From positions 29,985 through 93,984 of the forward strand of contig CAZWVM010000001.1 of NCBI GenBank assembly GCA_964637705.1: 64,000 nt of DNA, written 5' to 3'. The notes beneath the pieces are model-generated. The model saw only the letters and a program-made list of their open reading frames with translations, was not told the origin of the DNA and did no database searches. This DNA comes from an uncultured bacterium. Lineage in GTDB: Bacteria > UBA8481. Shown here piece by piece: positions 17,901-28,900 of the stretch (position 1 is its first letter; each line of letters begins with the position of its first letter). The position numbers were made by a program, and so were the translations under genes.

Positions 17901-19948
17901 GCCGTGTATGCGATGAAGTCCGTGCCCCGGACGAGCCGGACGACGGCGCGGTGAGGAACCACGACGCCCTTGGGCCGTCCGGTCGATCCGGAGGTGAAGA
18001 GGATGTAGGCGGGATCCTCGGGCCGGACGGGCGGGCTGGCACCGCCGTCCGCGTGATCCGACGGTCGATCGATCTCGAGCAGGCGGCAGGAAAGCCCGGT
18101 CGTCAACGACGCGCACCGGTCCCTCTCCGCGGTCCGCGTCACGATGATCCCGATGCCCGCCTCCGCGATCATGACGCGGAGCCGCTCGTCCGGATGGGTG
18201 GGATCGAGGGGCACGTAGGCGCCGCCCGCCTTCAGGATCGCGAGGATCGAGACGATCATCTCGAAGGAGCGATCGATGCAGATCCCGACCGGCCCGCCCC
18301 GTTCCACGCCGTGGTGCCGCAGGTGAACCGCGAGTTGGTCCGAGGCGGCACGGAGTTCCCCGTAAGTTTGGGTCCGACCGCCGCACTCGAGGGCGATCGC
18401 GCCCGGGGCGTGCGCGGCCGTCTCGTCGAAAAGCTCCACGATCGTCCGCTCGCGCGGATAAGCCGTCCGCGTGACTCTCCACGCGTCGAGCCGTTCGCGG
18501 TCGCCGGGCGGCAGCAGGTCGAGCTCCGAGAGACGCGCATCCGGCCGGCGCACGACCTCCGCCAGCAACCCGGTGAAGAGCCCGACCATCCGCCTCGTGG
18601 TCTCCCCGTCGAAGAGATCCCGGTTGTACTCGAGCAGTCCCGCGAGGCCGGTCCGCGATTCCTCGACGACGAAGGTCAGGTCGTATTTCGCGGTACGGCT
18701 CGCGATCCTCATGGGCGCGATCTCGAGACCCTCGAGCCCGAGCGTTCCCGACGAGGCGTTCCGGAGGGCGAGCACCACCTGGTAGAAGGGCGTGTGGCTC
18801 ATGTCGCGCTCCGGGATCAGCTCCTGGACGAGCCTCTCGAAGGGAATGCCCTGGTGCTCGACCGCGCCGAGCGTCGCCTGCCGTGCGCGCTCCAGCAGCT
18901 GCCGGAACGACGGATCGTCGCCGATGCCGACGCGAAGGGGCAGCGTGTTCACGAAGAACCCGATCAGGGGCTCGAGCGCCGGGTGAGCACGGTTCGCCAT
19001 CGGTGCGCCGACCACGATCTCCTCCATGCCGCTGAACCGGTGGAGGAGCGCGTCCAGGGCGGCGAGGAGCGCCATGAAGAGACTGGATCCCGTCGCATCC
19101 GCGAGCGCGCGGAGACCGTCGAGGACGGGACCCGCAACCTCGAAGCGCTCCGAGGCGCCGCGGTAGGTCATGACCGCCGGGCGCGGCCGGTCCGTGACGA
19201 GTTCCAGGAGCGGCGGAGCGCCGGACAGCGTCTCGCGCCAGAAGCGCAGGTCGTCCTCGATCCGGTCGGGCGTCAGTGTCGCGCGCTCCCACGCGGCGTA
19301 GTCCGCATACTGGATCTCCAGCGCGGGCAGGGACGGCGTTACGCCGGCGGCGAAGGCCTTGTAGCACGCGCCAAGCTCGGAGATCAGGAGGTCGATGCTC
19401 CAACCATCTCCGACGATGTGGTGCAGGGTGACGAGCAGGACGTGCGAGGCGTCGGAGAGCCGGAGCAGCCGGGCGCGGATGAGAGGTACGCGCGCGAGGT
19501 CGAAGGGTTCCTCAGCCTCGGCCAAAGCGATCCGCTCGACCTCGGCCATCCGCTCGGCGTCACTCCCCTTCTCCAGGTCCACCCGGGCGAGCGCGAAGGG
19601 GACCTCGTCATGGATGCGCTGGACGGGCAGGCCCGCGGCATCGCGATGAAACGAGGTCCGCAGGATCTCGTGCCGCCGGACGACGGCGTCGAAGCTCTTC
19701 TCGAGCGCGTCCGCATCGAGAGGCCCCCGGAGATCCAGTGCGAAGGGCATGTTGTAGGTCGCGCCGGGTCCCTCGAGCTCGTAGAGAACCCAGAGCCGCT
19801 GCTGGGCAAAGGAGAGCGGCAGGTCCGTTCCTCGCGGCACGCGGGGGATGGAGGAGGCATCCCGTCCGGCGCGCTCGCGCAGGCGGCGCATGACGAGCGC
19901 CCGCTTCTCGGGTGAGAGAGACTCCAGCCTCTGCCGCAGGTCGGTCAT
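8948..19948 (-). CDS. NRPS, 3666 aa, three modules: C-A-T / C-A(embedded methyltransferase)-T / C-A-T
   Basis: ORF track 8948..19948; ATGA overlap with neighbours at both ends. C motifs: HHIVGDGWS, MHHIAADGWS, MHHIVSDDWS. A motifs: FTSGSTGRPKG, LYTSGSTGLPKG, YTSGSTGQPKG, each followed by NxYGPTE, GELxxGGxGxxxGYxNRPELTAExF and KIRGFRIE(L/P)(G/V)EIE. T motifs: FFAIGGNSLL, FFDLGGHSLK, FFDIGAQSLL. Confidence 0.9.
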   Translation of the reverse strand: MTDLRQRLESLSPEKRALVMRRLRERAGRDASSIPRVPRGTDLPLSFAQQRLWVLYELEGPGATYNMPFALDLRGPLDADALEKSFDAVVRRHEILRTSFHRDAAGLPVQRIHDEVPFALARVDLEKGSDAERMAEVERIALAEAEEPFDLARVPLIRARLLRLSDASHVLLVTLHHIVGDGWSIDLLISELGACYKAFAAGVTPSLPALEIQYADYAAWERATLTPDRIEDDLRFWRETLSGAPPLLELVTDRPRPAVMTYRGASERFEVAGPVLDGLRALADATGSSLFMALLAALDALLHRFSGMEEIVVGAPMANRAHPALEPLIGFFVNTLPLRVGIGDDPSFRQLLERARQATLGAVEHQGIPFERLVQELIPERDMSHTPFYQVVLALRNASSGTLGLEGLEIAPMRIASRTAKYDLTFVVEESRTGLAGLLEYNRDLFDGETTRRMVGLFTGLLAEVVRRPDARLSELDLLPPGDRERLDAWRVTRTAYPRERTIVELFDETAAHAPGAIALECGGRTQTYGELRAASDQLAVHLRHHGVERGGPVGICIDRSFEMIVSILAILKAGGAYVPLDPTHPDERLRVMIAEAGIGIIVTRTAERDRCASLTTGLSCRLLEIDRPSDHADGGASPPVRPEDPAYILFTSGSTGRPKGVVVPHRAVVRLVRGTDFIAYTAADVFLQLAPISFDASTLEIWGPLLNGGRLVIAPPGLLTPAEIGALVRDHGVTTLWLTASLFSLVVDECLEDLRSLKWLLAGGDVLSVPHVNRVLAELTCRFVNGYGPTENTTFTCCHEAERGREYAGSIPIGRPIANTSVFILDARRNRVPVGVPGELYTGGDGLAIGYVNRPELTAERFFEVSLDGESHRLYRTGDRARWLAGGAIEFLGRFDDQAKIRGFRVEPVEIEAALLRHENAREACVLVREDAPGRKEIVAYVVRRDVSRAGPGREDLARVLPDFMVPSHIVVLDALPITANGKLDRRALPAPGRSDAEQGFVPPRSETEAAVAAICAEVLGRERVGLRDDFFAIGGNSLLATQLVSRLRKRFSIDLPLRRIFSGSRVEQLAAAVEEEAGPVAASPAGPMPMIVRSRAESLPLSYAQERLWFLNRLEPDNPFYNVAVALAIRGDLDEAALEGSLAEIVRRHEILRTTYREEGGRTVQVIHPEGSFALERIDVRGAVDGEAEVRRLGAEEARGVFDLERGPLLRAKLLATGEAAWVLFLTMHHIAADGWSMGILVRELSFLYEAFRAGRPSPLAPLAVQYADFAAWQREWLAGERYREQWDYWKERLAGIPAELELPTDRPRPALQSYRGGSIRFEIDPGVRRRLDDLSRRLSATLFMTLQASFSVLLSRLSGQADIVIGTPIANRTRSEVEPLVGFFVNTLALRLDLGDDPSFVALVERARQAALDAYAHQDLPFERLVDELQPERDLSRNPVFQVMFALQNAPMRNLEMPGLDVATIEFGRTTAQFDLVLDMWETGGGLLGVLEYSTDLFDESTARRLVRHFETLLAAVADRPGLRASEIPVLDAAGERAMLAMGTGERAAFPVHRTLHELFEDEVAAGPGRIAAVHNGRRVTYAELDAEANRIAHLLRGAGIRRNDFVGILEPRGIGFLAALVGILKAGAAYVPIDPGYPEDRIAYMLENSGVPLVLTSEPAWTRLGCLAAKEAVRAVFLGSEEIARQPATTPDHVNLASDRAYMLYTSGSTGLPKGAIIRHDGKINHVYGQFRRMAFHRDSAFLQSAPASSDISVWQFIGPLLCGGRTVIADYETVCDAERLFELIRREAVTVIELVPVVMNALLDHAARLSPEERRLPALEWAMATGEAVSVALVNRWLSLFPDKRLVNAYGPTEAADDTCESIIEAPLSAAATTVTVGTAQPNLTMYVLDRNLRLVPPGVRGEIAVSGIGVGEGYWRDEEKTRAAFVPNPYAGEGRGDVLYRTGDIGYWRPDGLLECLSRMDDQVKIRGFRIELGEIEAVLGRHVAVRENAVVVREDEPGDRRLVAYVVPDREANRERIERIRAAQVKLWEELHEKSYQESLTYGDPTFNVIGWDSNYTNAPLPREEMREYVDGTTGRILGLAPRRVLEIGCGTGLIMFPLLPHLESYRGIDLSQVAIDRLKELRADEELGRRVPGLDRAVLEARRADDLADIPRGSVDTVILSSVVQYFPGPEYLVKVLEGAIAALSPGGSIFVGDVRSLPMLETFHASVQLYKSEESLATGELADRVRRQMEAEQEMAVDPAFFLALKRRTPAIRSVEILPKRGRGLNEMTRFRYDVILRLGEPTTESRPPWRDWSDEGRPSAEAIRDRLSKATDDVVALRGIANARVAPEERALRLMTSRERPSTVAALREEQGRAGVDGIEPEDLWRLADETPFEVRLSLASGAPDGAFDAVFVRRGLPFAPLMTDPPDAAVGWSHFANDPLREALGRDLVPEWKDFLRDKVPAYMVPSDFVLLGSLPQTPAGKVDRRRLPSPSRTRVARGDVFVEPAAGTEARLAAIWGEVLGVERVGARDNFFDLGGHSLKATLVVSRVNRDLGVELPLREIFGRPTVAELAARIDTMERAEYRGIARTPEAESYPLSHAQRRLWLLSRLEEGSVAYNMPAALLLEGPLRIDLLEQAYADTVARHESLRTTFVLEGEAARQKVRAPGEARIEVVDLSGGPDPEAEARERAARDAAAAFELETGPLIRVGLLRLAADRHVLLLTMHHIVSDDWSLGVLAREFLGRYRELVEGRAPSWKPLRIQYRDYAAWQTARLGAEETDGDRRYWRDRFGGTLPVLDLPADRPRPPVKTYNGAAISFRVGRDVADRLAALARARTATLFMTLLAGVKVLLHRYTGQEDIVVGTPVAGRTHADLEDQIGFFINMLALRDDVRAGESFARLLDRVRATTTEAYERQEYPFDRLVDDLDLKRDVSRMPLFDVVAVMQNAGRVEIAMPGVAVKTFFDDYPVSKYDLQFNFEEREDGLAASIVFNTDLFDRDRIERMRDHLLELLGGAARDPECAIGDLPILPEAERHRVLVDFNPRPGPLPTPPETLVAWFEEQAGRTPDRVAVSFQPVAESGEPVGARREMTYRELDEISNRLARHLARRGVAPGRRVGLFLERSPDLVVGLLGILKAGAAYVPMDPAYPPERLRFIMEDAEAPVIVTEEKLLDRLAGATAATVLMDRGAAFADEEATRPGIAVARADVAYVIYTSGSTGQPKGCLVTHGNVTRLFSATRHWFGFDESDVWTLFHSVAFDFSVWEIWGALLHGGRVVVVPFGISRSPAEFHRLLVAEGVTVLNQTPSAFRQLIPVATAAPDRPSLRTVVFGGEALDLENLRPWFDRFGDREPLLVNMYGITETTVHVTYRALGRADLDGKGSVIGVPIPDLTVRILDARRQPVPIGIAGEMYVAGAGVSNGYLNRPELTAEKFVALEEGGAAIHYRSGDLARYRPDGDIEYLGRIDHQVKIRGFRIELGEIESVLAAHADVREALIVPGTSPDGTRLVAYLVPAPGIRPEPTALRSFMKAKLPDYMVPAVFVPIESFPLTEHGKIDRRRLPDPDASRLESSGGAEEPCSDTERLVAEIFAGLLNAARVGRHENFFDIGAQSLLIVRAHATLKERLARTFPLIALYQHPTVSALASFLEGAAGTSGVTAEADERAAKARAARERRRRP
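12690..13890 (-). other. SAM-dependent methyltransferase domain inserted in adenylation domain 2 of the 3-module NRPS, between cores A8 and A10
   Basis: aa ~2020-2420 of the 3666-aa protein: RVLEIGCGTGLIMFPLLP (MT motif I) ...VDTVILSSVVQYF...LSPGGSIFVGDV. It is flanked by KIRGFRIELGEIE (A8) upstream and VPSDFVLLGSLPQTPAGKVDRRRLP (A10) downstream. Confidence 0.75.
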
Positions 19949-22900
19949 CGGTCGTCACCCGGTCCCGGCGCGGAAGCCAGCAGGGCGCGGGCCTCCTCTT
20001 CCGTCAGGGATTCCACCTCGGCCAGCAGGTCCTCGAGGCCGTCTGTCGATCCAAGGTCCGGGGCGCAGGCCGCCTGGGCGGCCACGGTCGGCTTCCCGAA
20101 GAACTCGCGGATCGTCATCGCGACACCCGCCTCCTCGGCGAGGCGAGCCACGATGCGCATGGCCAGGAGCGAATGCCCGCCGAGTTCAAAGAAGTTGTCG
20201 TGCACGCCGACCTTCTCCAGGCCCAGGACGTCGGCCCAGACCGCGGCCACGGCCCGCTCCGCCTCGTTGCGCGGCGCGACCCGCTCCCGGTCCCCCGGCG
20301 ACGAGACCGGCTCCGGCAGGGCGCGGCGGTCGATCTTGCCGGAGGGAGTCAGCGGCAGAGCGTCGAGTCGGACGAACCACGAGGGCACCATGTAGTCGGG
20401 CAGGACGGCGGCCGCATGCGACCTCAGTGCCTCGTCCGACACGGGGCCGTCCTCGACGATGTAGGCGGCCAGGGCGTCCCCGGTTTCCCGGCGGCGCGCG
20501 GCGACCACGGCATCCCTGACCGCGGGATGGTCCCTGAGCCGGGCCTCGATCTCACCGGGTTCGATCCGGAAGCCGCGCACCTTGACCTGGAAATCGATCC
20601 GGCCGAGGAACTCGATCGTGCCGTCGGGCCGCCAGCGTCCACGATCCCCCGTGCGGTACATCATCGATCCGGTATCGCCCGCGAAGGGATCGGGAACGAA
20701 CCGGGCCTCGGTCAGTTCCGGATCGCCGACGTAGCCCGCCCCGACGCCGACACCACCGACCACGATCTCGCCCGGAGCCCCGATCGGCACCGGTTTCAAA
20801 TCGCCGTCCAGGACATACATGCGCGTATTCGGAACCGGGCACCCGATGGGCACGACGGGCAGCGGCACCGCGGTCGCCCGGGGGACTTCGCACCAACCGC
20901 AGATGTCGGTGCACTCGGTGGGCCCGTAATTATTGAAGAGACGCGCCGCGCAGGAGGGGTTCTTGAACCAGGGCCAGAGGCGGGCCGCGTCGACCGGTTC
21001 TCCTCCGAGGTGAACCGCCCTAAGCGAGGACAGCCGGCTCCATGACCCGGGGCCGATGTTTTCGAGGAGCGCGTACAGCATGCTCGGGGTGCCGTTGAAG
21101 AGCGTCACCGATTCCTTCTCGACGAGGGCCGCGGTCTCGCGCGCGTCGAACGGACCGTCGGGGCGGAAGAGCACGCGACCGCCGACGAGCAAGGGAGCGA
21201 AGAGATTCTTCTGGGTGAGATCGAAGCTCAAGGACGTGACCACGAGACCCGCGGTCGAAGCGTCGAGCGCGCTCGCCTCGATGTACCAGTTGAGCAGGTT
21301 GACGAAGCCGCGATGGCGCACGGCCGCGCCCTTGGGACGACCGGTGGAACCCGAGGTGTAGATGGCATACACCAGGTCGTCCTCTTCCCCCTCGGGCAGA
21401 CCGACCGGTTCATCGCCACCGGTCTCGACCCGCGACGCGTCGATCACGGGGCCGGTGAAGACACCGTCGGGAATCTCGTGCCTCCCGTCGGTCACGGCCG
21501 CGACCGCGCCGCAGTCCGAGAGCATGAACGCGACGCGATCGCGCGGATAGTCCGGGCTCACGGGAACATACGCGGCGCGGGTCTTCAGGATCCCGAGGAT
21601 CCCCACGAGGGCGAGCTCGGAACGGCCGGCGAAAAGCGCGACCTTGTCGCCGGGTTTCACGCCCCGGTCCACGAGCCGCGCCGCCAGGCGCGCGGACCGT
21701 CGTTCCAGCTCGGCGTAAGTCAGGCGCCCGTCACCGCACGCGACCGCGATCGCATCGGGCGTGCGCGCGGCCTGGGCCGCGACGAGCCGGGTGACGGTTC
21801 CGCGCGGGCTCTCGCCGCCCCGATCGTTGAATCCATGAAGCACCGCCGCGCGCTCCTCCGGCGGCAGCGCCAGCAGGTTCCCGAGAGGCGCGGCGGGATC
21901 GGCGGCGGCGAGGAAGAGCAACAGGTGGTCGATGATGCGCCGGATGGTCCGGGCGTCCAGAATCGCCGCGTTGTAGAAGAAGATGACGGAGAGATCGTCC
22001 GCGCGCTCCTCGACCTCCAGGTCGATGTCGAATTTCACGCCGGAAGAATCGAGCGGGAAGTGCGCACACGTGAGCCCCGCCATCGACATCTCCACGGGAC
22101 CGCCGGGAAGCCAGCTCACCGAGGCCTGGAAGAGGGGCGCCGCATCGAGATGGCGGTCCGGCTGGAGCGCGTCCACGACGCGCTCGAACGGGGCCTCGCG
22201 GTTCGCGTAGGCCTCCAGCGCGGCCTGGCGCGCACTCTCGACGAGCGCCGCGAAGGTCCGGTCGCGGGCGACCTCGATCCGCAGGACGAGCGTGTTCACG
22301 AAGAGGCCGAGCAGGGATTCGGTGCCGGGTTCCAGCCGGTTCTCCACGGGGAAGCCGATGCAGACCTCCTCCTGCCCGCCGAACCGCGCCAGCACCGCGG
22401 CCCAGGCCGCCGCGAAGATCATGAAGAGGCTGGCGCCGGCCGACGAAGCCATCGCGCGGAGACGAGCGGTCACCGCGGGATCGATCGTGAATGTTTCCCT
22501 CGCCCCGTGGGGGATCGAGCCGGCGCGCGGCCGGTCGAGGGGCAGGTCGAGGAGCTGCGGCGCGCCGGCGAGCCGCTGCTTCCAGTAATCGACCTGGGCC
22601 TCGAACGCCCCCGTCTCGACGCGCTGTCGCATGGCGACGGCATAATCCGCGTAGGCGAAGGAACCCGGGGGCGCCGATGGTTCCCGGCCCACGCGTCGCG
22701 CCTCGTAGGCGGCCGCCAGTTCGTCGCGAAGGACCCGGACGGACCTCCCGTCCGCGATGATGTGATGCAGGACGAGGAGCAGGACGTGATCCTCATCGTC
22801 CAGGCGATACAGGCGGGCGCGCAGGAGCGGGGCGTCCGTCAGCGTGAAGGGAATCGAGGCCTCGAGCGCGGCCAGCCTCCGCGCCTCGCGCTCGGCCGCC

Positions 22901-25900
22901 GGCCACGACCGGAGATCGACGAGCGGAAGCGAAACCGGTGTCGACGGATGAATCCTCTGGCGCGGCTCTCCCCGGAACGATTCGAAGGATGTGCGCAGGA
23001 CTTCGTGCCTCTTCACCAGGTCCTCGAGGCATCGGCCCAGCACATCCGCGTCGAGGGCGCCCCGGAGCCGCATCGACTGGATCACGTTGTAGCTCGCGTC
23101 GGCGGGTTCGAGTTGCTGGAGGAACCAGAGGCGCTCCTGGGCCGGAGAAAGCGGGATAGGTTCGTCGCGCGAGACGATCGGGATCGCGGCGGAACCGGCC
23201 GGTACAACCGGCTCAGCCGGCGCAACCGGCGCGGCCGGCGCAACCGGTGCAGCCGGCTCCGCGCCGGGCGTCGTTTCCCGGCGCGATTCCACGAAGGCCG
23301 CGAGGCGCGCCACGGTCGGGTTCTCGTAGATCGTGCGCACCGTCACCGGCGCGCCGGTCCTCTCCCGAATCCGCGCCGCCAGGCGGACCGCCAGCAGGGA
23401 ATCGCCGCCGACCCGGCCGAAGTCGTCGTCCCGGCCGAGATCCTCCAGCCCGAGCACCTCGATCCATGCGTTCGCGACGACGTGCTCGACCTCGCTCCCC
23501 GCCCACCGCGCGTGCCCCGCCCGATCATCCGATCGTTGGTTCGCCGCAGCGACTCCTTCCTCCGCCACGAGGCAGCGGTCCGCGGTGCGGGACGACTGCT
23601 TCATGTCGAAGGGCGTCACGATGATGTTTCCGACGCCGGAGGCGATCACGCGCGTGAAGGCCCGTCTCCCCTCCTCGGCCGCCAGGCCGGGCGGCAGATC
23701 CTGTCCAGTCAGGGCGCGGTGAAGCCGGGCGGTCTCGACGGCCATGCCGATCTCGTGCCAGCGGCCCCACGCGATCGAGACGAGCGGAGGCCCCTCGACC
23801 TCGGCGAGAGCGTTCATGAAGGCGGCCGAGGCGGCATACGCCGATTGGCCGAGACCCCCGAGGAATGCGTTCGTGGAGGAACAGAGCGCGATGAAGTCCG
23901 GAGCGTCGCCGGCGAGCGCGGCCCGGAGGCCGATCGTCCCGTGGATCTTCGCCGCGAACTCGGCCTCGACCGATTCCCGGCTTCTCGTCGCGATCAATCC
24001 CCCCCCGGGAATCCCCGCGGCGTGGATCACCCCGTCGATCCGCCCTCGCCGCCGGCGCGTCTCCGCGACGAGCGATGCCGTCCACGACGCGTCCGCGACA
24101 TCGCCCGTCACGACGGAGACCTCCGCGCCGAGAGCCTCGAGTTCTCTCACGGCCCGGGTCCGCGCATCGGCCTCGTCGCCCGGCAGGCCCTGCCGCGCCA
24201 CGAGGATCAACGACACGCCGCGGGCGCCCTCCGCCACGGAGCGAGCCAATTCCCGTCCGACACCGCCGAGACCGCCCGTGACGAGATACGTGCCCCCGTC
24301 CCGGAAAGCGGGCCGGACGGAAGCGAGCGGCCGGCCGGAGAACGTCTCGCCCCACCGCTCGCCGCCGCGAATCGCCACCAGGGGCTCGTCGTGCGGGACC
24401 TCGGCCTCGGCTAGAATCCTCGCCGGCAGGCCAGGGGCGCCCAGGTCCTCATCCCGCAGGTCGAGACCGCGGCAGACGAGGTGGGCGTTTTCCTGCGGCA
24501 CGACGCGGATCAGCCCCAGAACGGCTGAGCGCCCGGGCGCGATCGGTTCGTCACCGAGGACGCGCTTCATCCGCGTCGAGAGAAGGGTGACACGGCAGGA
24601 CGACGGTTGAACGGCGAGCGCCTGAACGAGGCGGAAGAGGCTGAAGAACCCGCGCTCGAGATCGTCTTCGACGCTTTCCTCACCGCGCCCGACCAGGCCC
24701 GCGTGAAAGACGTGATCCGGCGCGCGTCCCGAGGGATCGGTGATCGATGCGAAGTCATCACGGACATCCCGGCGCGCGACGACGGCGCCCCGCGCCGCCA
24801 GAAGGGCCTCGATCCTGTCCCCCATCCCGCCACCGCCGACGACGAGACAGGACCGCCCTTCCCACGATACCGGCGCGGTGGCCGGCAAGGCGGGCAGGCG
24901 AATCCAGGTCGATGCCTCGAAGACATCGTCGTGCGTTCGACGGGAAACCGACGCCGCCCGCGCGCCCTCTCCTCCCGCGGCCTCGATCCAGTGGCGATGC
25001 CCGTCGCGGGGGTGACCCGGCAGGACGACCTTGCGCCGCTCCTCCGGTGCGAAGAGCCCGGCCTCATCCAGCGCCGCGCCGGCCATCCACGCCTCGCCCA
25101 GCGACGAGAGCAGGAACGTGGCGTCGTCGTGGAGTTCGTCGGCGTTGCGAAGCGAGGTGAGAATGACGTGGCGGGGATGACGCGCGGGATGGTGTCGGAC
25201 CGCGTTCGCCAGCGACCGTCCCGGACCGATCTCCACGAAGATGCGGTCGGGGTCATCCATCACCGCGGACAAACCGTCCTGGAAACGCACCGTCTCGCGA
25301 AGGTGCCGGGCCCAGTAGGAGGGATCGCAGGCCTCGTCGGGGGTCATGAAACGACCGTCGAGGTTCGAGACGATCGGGATGTGCGGCGCCGAGAGGCGCA
25401 CGCGTCCCATCACGGCCGCGAAGGCGTCGCGCACGGGATCGAGGAGAGGCGAATGGGCGGCCCGGCGGACCGGGAGGTCGTGGACCTCGAACCCCTTCGC
25501 CGCCATCTCCTGAGCGAAACGGGCGACGTCCTCGGCGAGACCCGAGACCGCGCAGAGCCCGGGCGAGTTGACGGCGGCGAGGGCGAGGTGAGCGGGCAGA
25601 AGGGGCCGGAGATCATTCTCCCCGAGCCGCACGGCGAGCATGGCTCCCGCGGGGGTGGAGTCCATCAGGCGACCGCGTTCGTGCACGGCGAAGAGGGCAT
25701 CTTCGCGCGAGAGGATCCCGGCGACGCAGGCCGCGGCGAAGTCTCCCCCGCTGTGCCCGATCAGCGCGTCAGGTCGGAGACCCCGGTCCATCCAGAACCG
25801 GGCCAGGGCGAGTTGGAGCGCGAGGAGCGCGGGCTGGCTCGCGGCCTGCGACCAGGACGCGGCGGGCGGGCCGGCCGCATCGAAGAGAAGAGCGCGGACG

Positions 25901-28900
25901 TCATGACCGGAGAACGACGATACGTGAGCGGCGCACGCGTCGATCTCGTCCCGGAACCCGGCAAAGGCGTCGTAGATCCCGCGCGCCATGCCGGGATACT
26001 GGCCTCCCTGTCCCGAGCAGGCGAAGACCACGCTCCGGCCCGCACTGTCGTCGGCGCGCGTGAAGACGCGTTCCGGATCCCGCGCGCGGAGAGCGGTCGC
26101 CGCCTGCGCCGCATCGCGGCAGACCGCGATCCGGCGATGGTGATGGCGCTTCCGACCCGCGACCAGCGTGAAGGCCGCGGCCGGCAGGCCGGGCGCGCCT
26201 GGGCGGGCGAAGGTCTCGGCGAGGTCGTCGGTCAGGCGTTCGAGCGCCGCGGGGGTCCGGGCGGAGAGGACGAGGAGACGCGGCTCATCCACGGGCGGCA
26301 CCGCGGCGTGGGGAGGCGGTTCCTCGAGGATCACGTGGGCGTTCGTGCCGCCGAGCCCGAAGGAACTGACCGCCGCGATCCTCGGCCGATCCTCGGTCCA
26401 CGGCGCGAGCGCCGTGTTGACGCGGAACGGACCCGCGGCGAGATCGAGCCGCGGATTCGGGCTCGCAAAGTGGAGGCTCGGCGGGATCGCGCCGTGCTTC
26501 ACCGCCAGCACGGCCTTGATCAGGCCGGCCACGCCCGCGGCCGCGTCGAGGTGACCGATGTTCGTCTTGACCGATCCCAGGGCGCAGGGTTCGTCGCGCC
26601 GGGCGCCGCCGCAGGCGCGCCAGGCGCGCGCCAACGCCGCGATCTCGATGGGATCGCCGATCGGGGTGGCCGTGCCGTGAGCCTCGACGTAGCCGATGGC
26701 CGAGGGCGCGACGCCCGCCCGGCGCAGGGCGGCCTCGATCACCGCGCTCTGCCCCTCGACGCTCGGCGCGGTGTAGCCCGCCTTCACCGCGCCGTCATTG
26801 TTGATCGCCGCGCCGCGGATGACGGCGTGGATCTCGTCGCCGTCGGCAAGGGCGTCGTCCAGCCGCTTGAGCAGCACGGCGCCGGCGCCGCTCCCGGAGA
26901 CGATGCCGGCGGCCGCCGCGTCGAAGGCGCGGCAGTGTCCGTCCGGCGAGAAGATCATCCCCTCCTCGTACCGGTATCCGGCGACCTGGGGCACCCGCAC
27001 CGAGACGCCGCCCGCGATCGCGGCATCGCACTCTCCGCGCGCCAGGCTCTCGCACGCCAGCGTGACCGCGACGAGCGAGGTCGAGCAGGCGGTCTGCACG
27101 TTCACGCTCGGACCCTTCAGGTTCAGCTTGTACGAGACGCGGGTCGGGAGGTAGTCCTTGTCGTTCGTGATCATGAGCTGGAACCCGCCCACGGAGCGGA
27201 CGACGTCCTCGCGCGTGGCGATGTGGCGCAGCAGGTAGGTGTTCATCGCCGACCCGGCGAAGACGCCGATCGGGCCCGCGGCGCGCTCCGGATCGATCCC
27301 GGCGTTCTCGAGCGCCTCCCGCGCGACCTCGAGGAAGAGCCTCTGCTGCGGATCGATCAGCTCCGCCTCGCGGGGGCTGTAGTCGAAGAAGGCCGCGTCG
27401 AACTCGTCGATCGGGACGGGGAGCGGCGCGTAGGCGCGGACATAGTCCGGCTGCGCGATGAGCGACGGACCCTCGCCCGCGGCGAGCAGTTCCTCGTCCG
27501 TGAAGAACCGCACCGACTCGACCCCGTCCCGCAGGTTGAGCCAGTATTCGTCGGTGTTCCGCGCGCCCGGGAAGCGGCAGGCCATGCCGATCACGGCGAT
27601 CGCGCCCGCGCCGGACACCGCCCGTCGCGCGCCGACGCCGGGGCGGACACCGTCGCCCTTCTCGCCGTCCTTCCCGGCCAGGTGCCGCGCCAGCCGCCGG
27701 ATCGTCGGGTGCTCGAAGAGCTCGACGAGCGTCAGCGCCGGGCCGAAGGTCTCCTGGAGCCGAGCGTGGACGCGGATCATCTTCAGGGAGTGCCCGCCCA
27801 CGTCGAAGAAGTTCTCGTCCGCGCCGACCTTCTCGATCCCGAGCACCTCCCGCCACGCCGCCGCGATCGATTCCTCGGCGGCCCCCCGGAGCAGGCCCTC
27901 CCCCTTCGCGGCGAGCGCCGCCTCGTCCGGCAGGCTCCGGCGATCGACCTTGCCGTTGGAGAGGAGCGGCAGGCGCGCGAGGAAGACGAAACGGGCCGGG
28001 ACCATCGCCTCCGGCAGGCGCTCGCGGAGCGCAGCGCGCATCTTCGCCTCGGAAGGCGGGGCGTCGGGTGACGCGACCCACGCGACGAGCGTCTTCTCGC
28101 CGGCCGCCTCCCGCGCCATGACGATCGCGTCGGCCACGCCCTCGCAGTTCCTCAGCGCCGCCTCGATCTCGCCCAGCTCGATCCGGAAGCCGCGGATCTT
28201 GACCTGGTGATCGATGCGGCCGAGGTATTCGATGGCCCCGTCGTCCCGGTAGCGGGCCAGGTCGCCGGTGCGGTACAGGACCCGCTCACGCCGGCCCGGG
28301 ATCCCGGGATCGACCCGGACGAACTTCTCCGCCGTCAATTCCGGCCGATTCCAGTAGCCGCGCGCCAGGCCGATGCCCCCGATGAAGAGTTCGCCCGGCA
28401 CGCCGGGCGGAACCGGCCGGCGACGGTGATCGAGGATGCACAGCTCCACGTTCGCGATCGGGCGCCCGATCGGAACCGGCACGCCCTCGCCCTTCCGGCA
28501 CGGCCACGAGGAGACATCCACCGCCGCCTCGGTGGGGCCGTACAGGTTGTGCAGCTCCGCCCCGAAGCGCTCGAGGAAGCGGTCGCGGAGATCGGCGGTG
28601 AGTTCCTCGCCGCTGGCCATCACGCGCTCGAGTCCCGGGCAGCGCCCCGCTCCGACGGCCTCGACGAAGGCGCGGAGCATCGACGGCACGAAGTGGATCG
28701 TGGTGACGCCGTGCCGCTCGACGCACTCCACGATGTACTGCGGATCGCGATGCCCGCCCGGTTGCGCCACGACGAGACGGGCCCCGGCCATGAGCGGCCA
28801 GAAGAATTCCCAGACCGAGACATCGAAGCCGAAGGGCGTCTTCTGCAGGACCGCGTCCGAGGCGTCGAGCCGATACTCGTCCTGCATCCAGAGGAGGCGG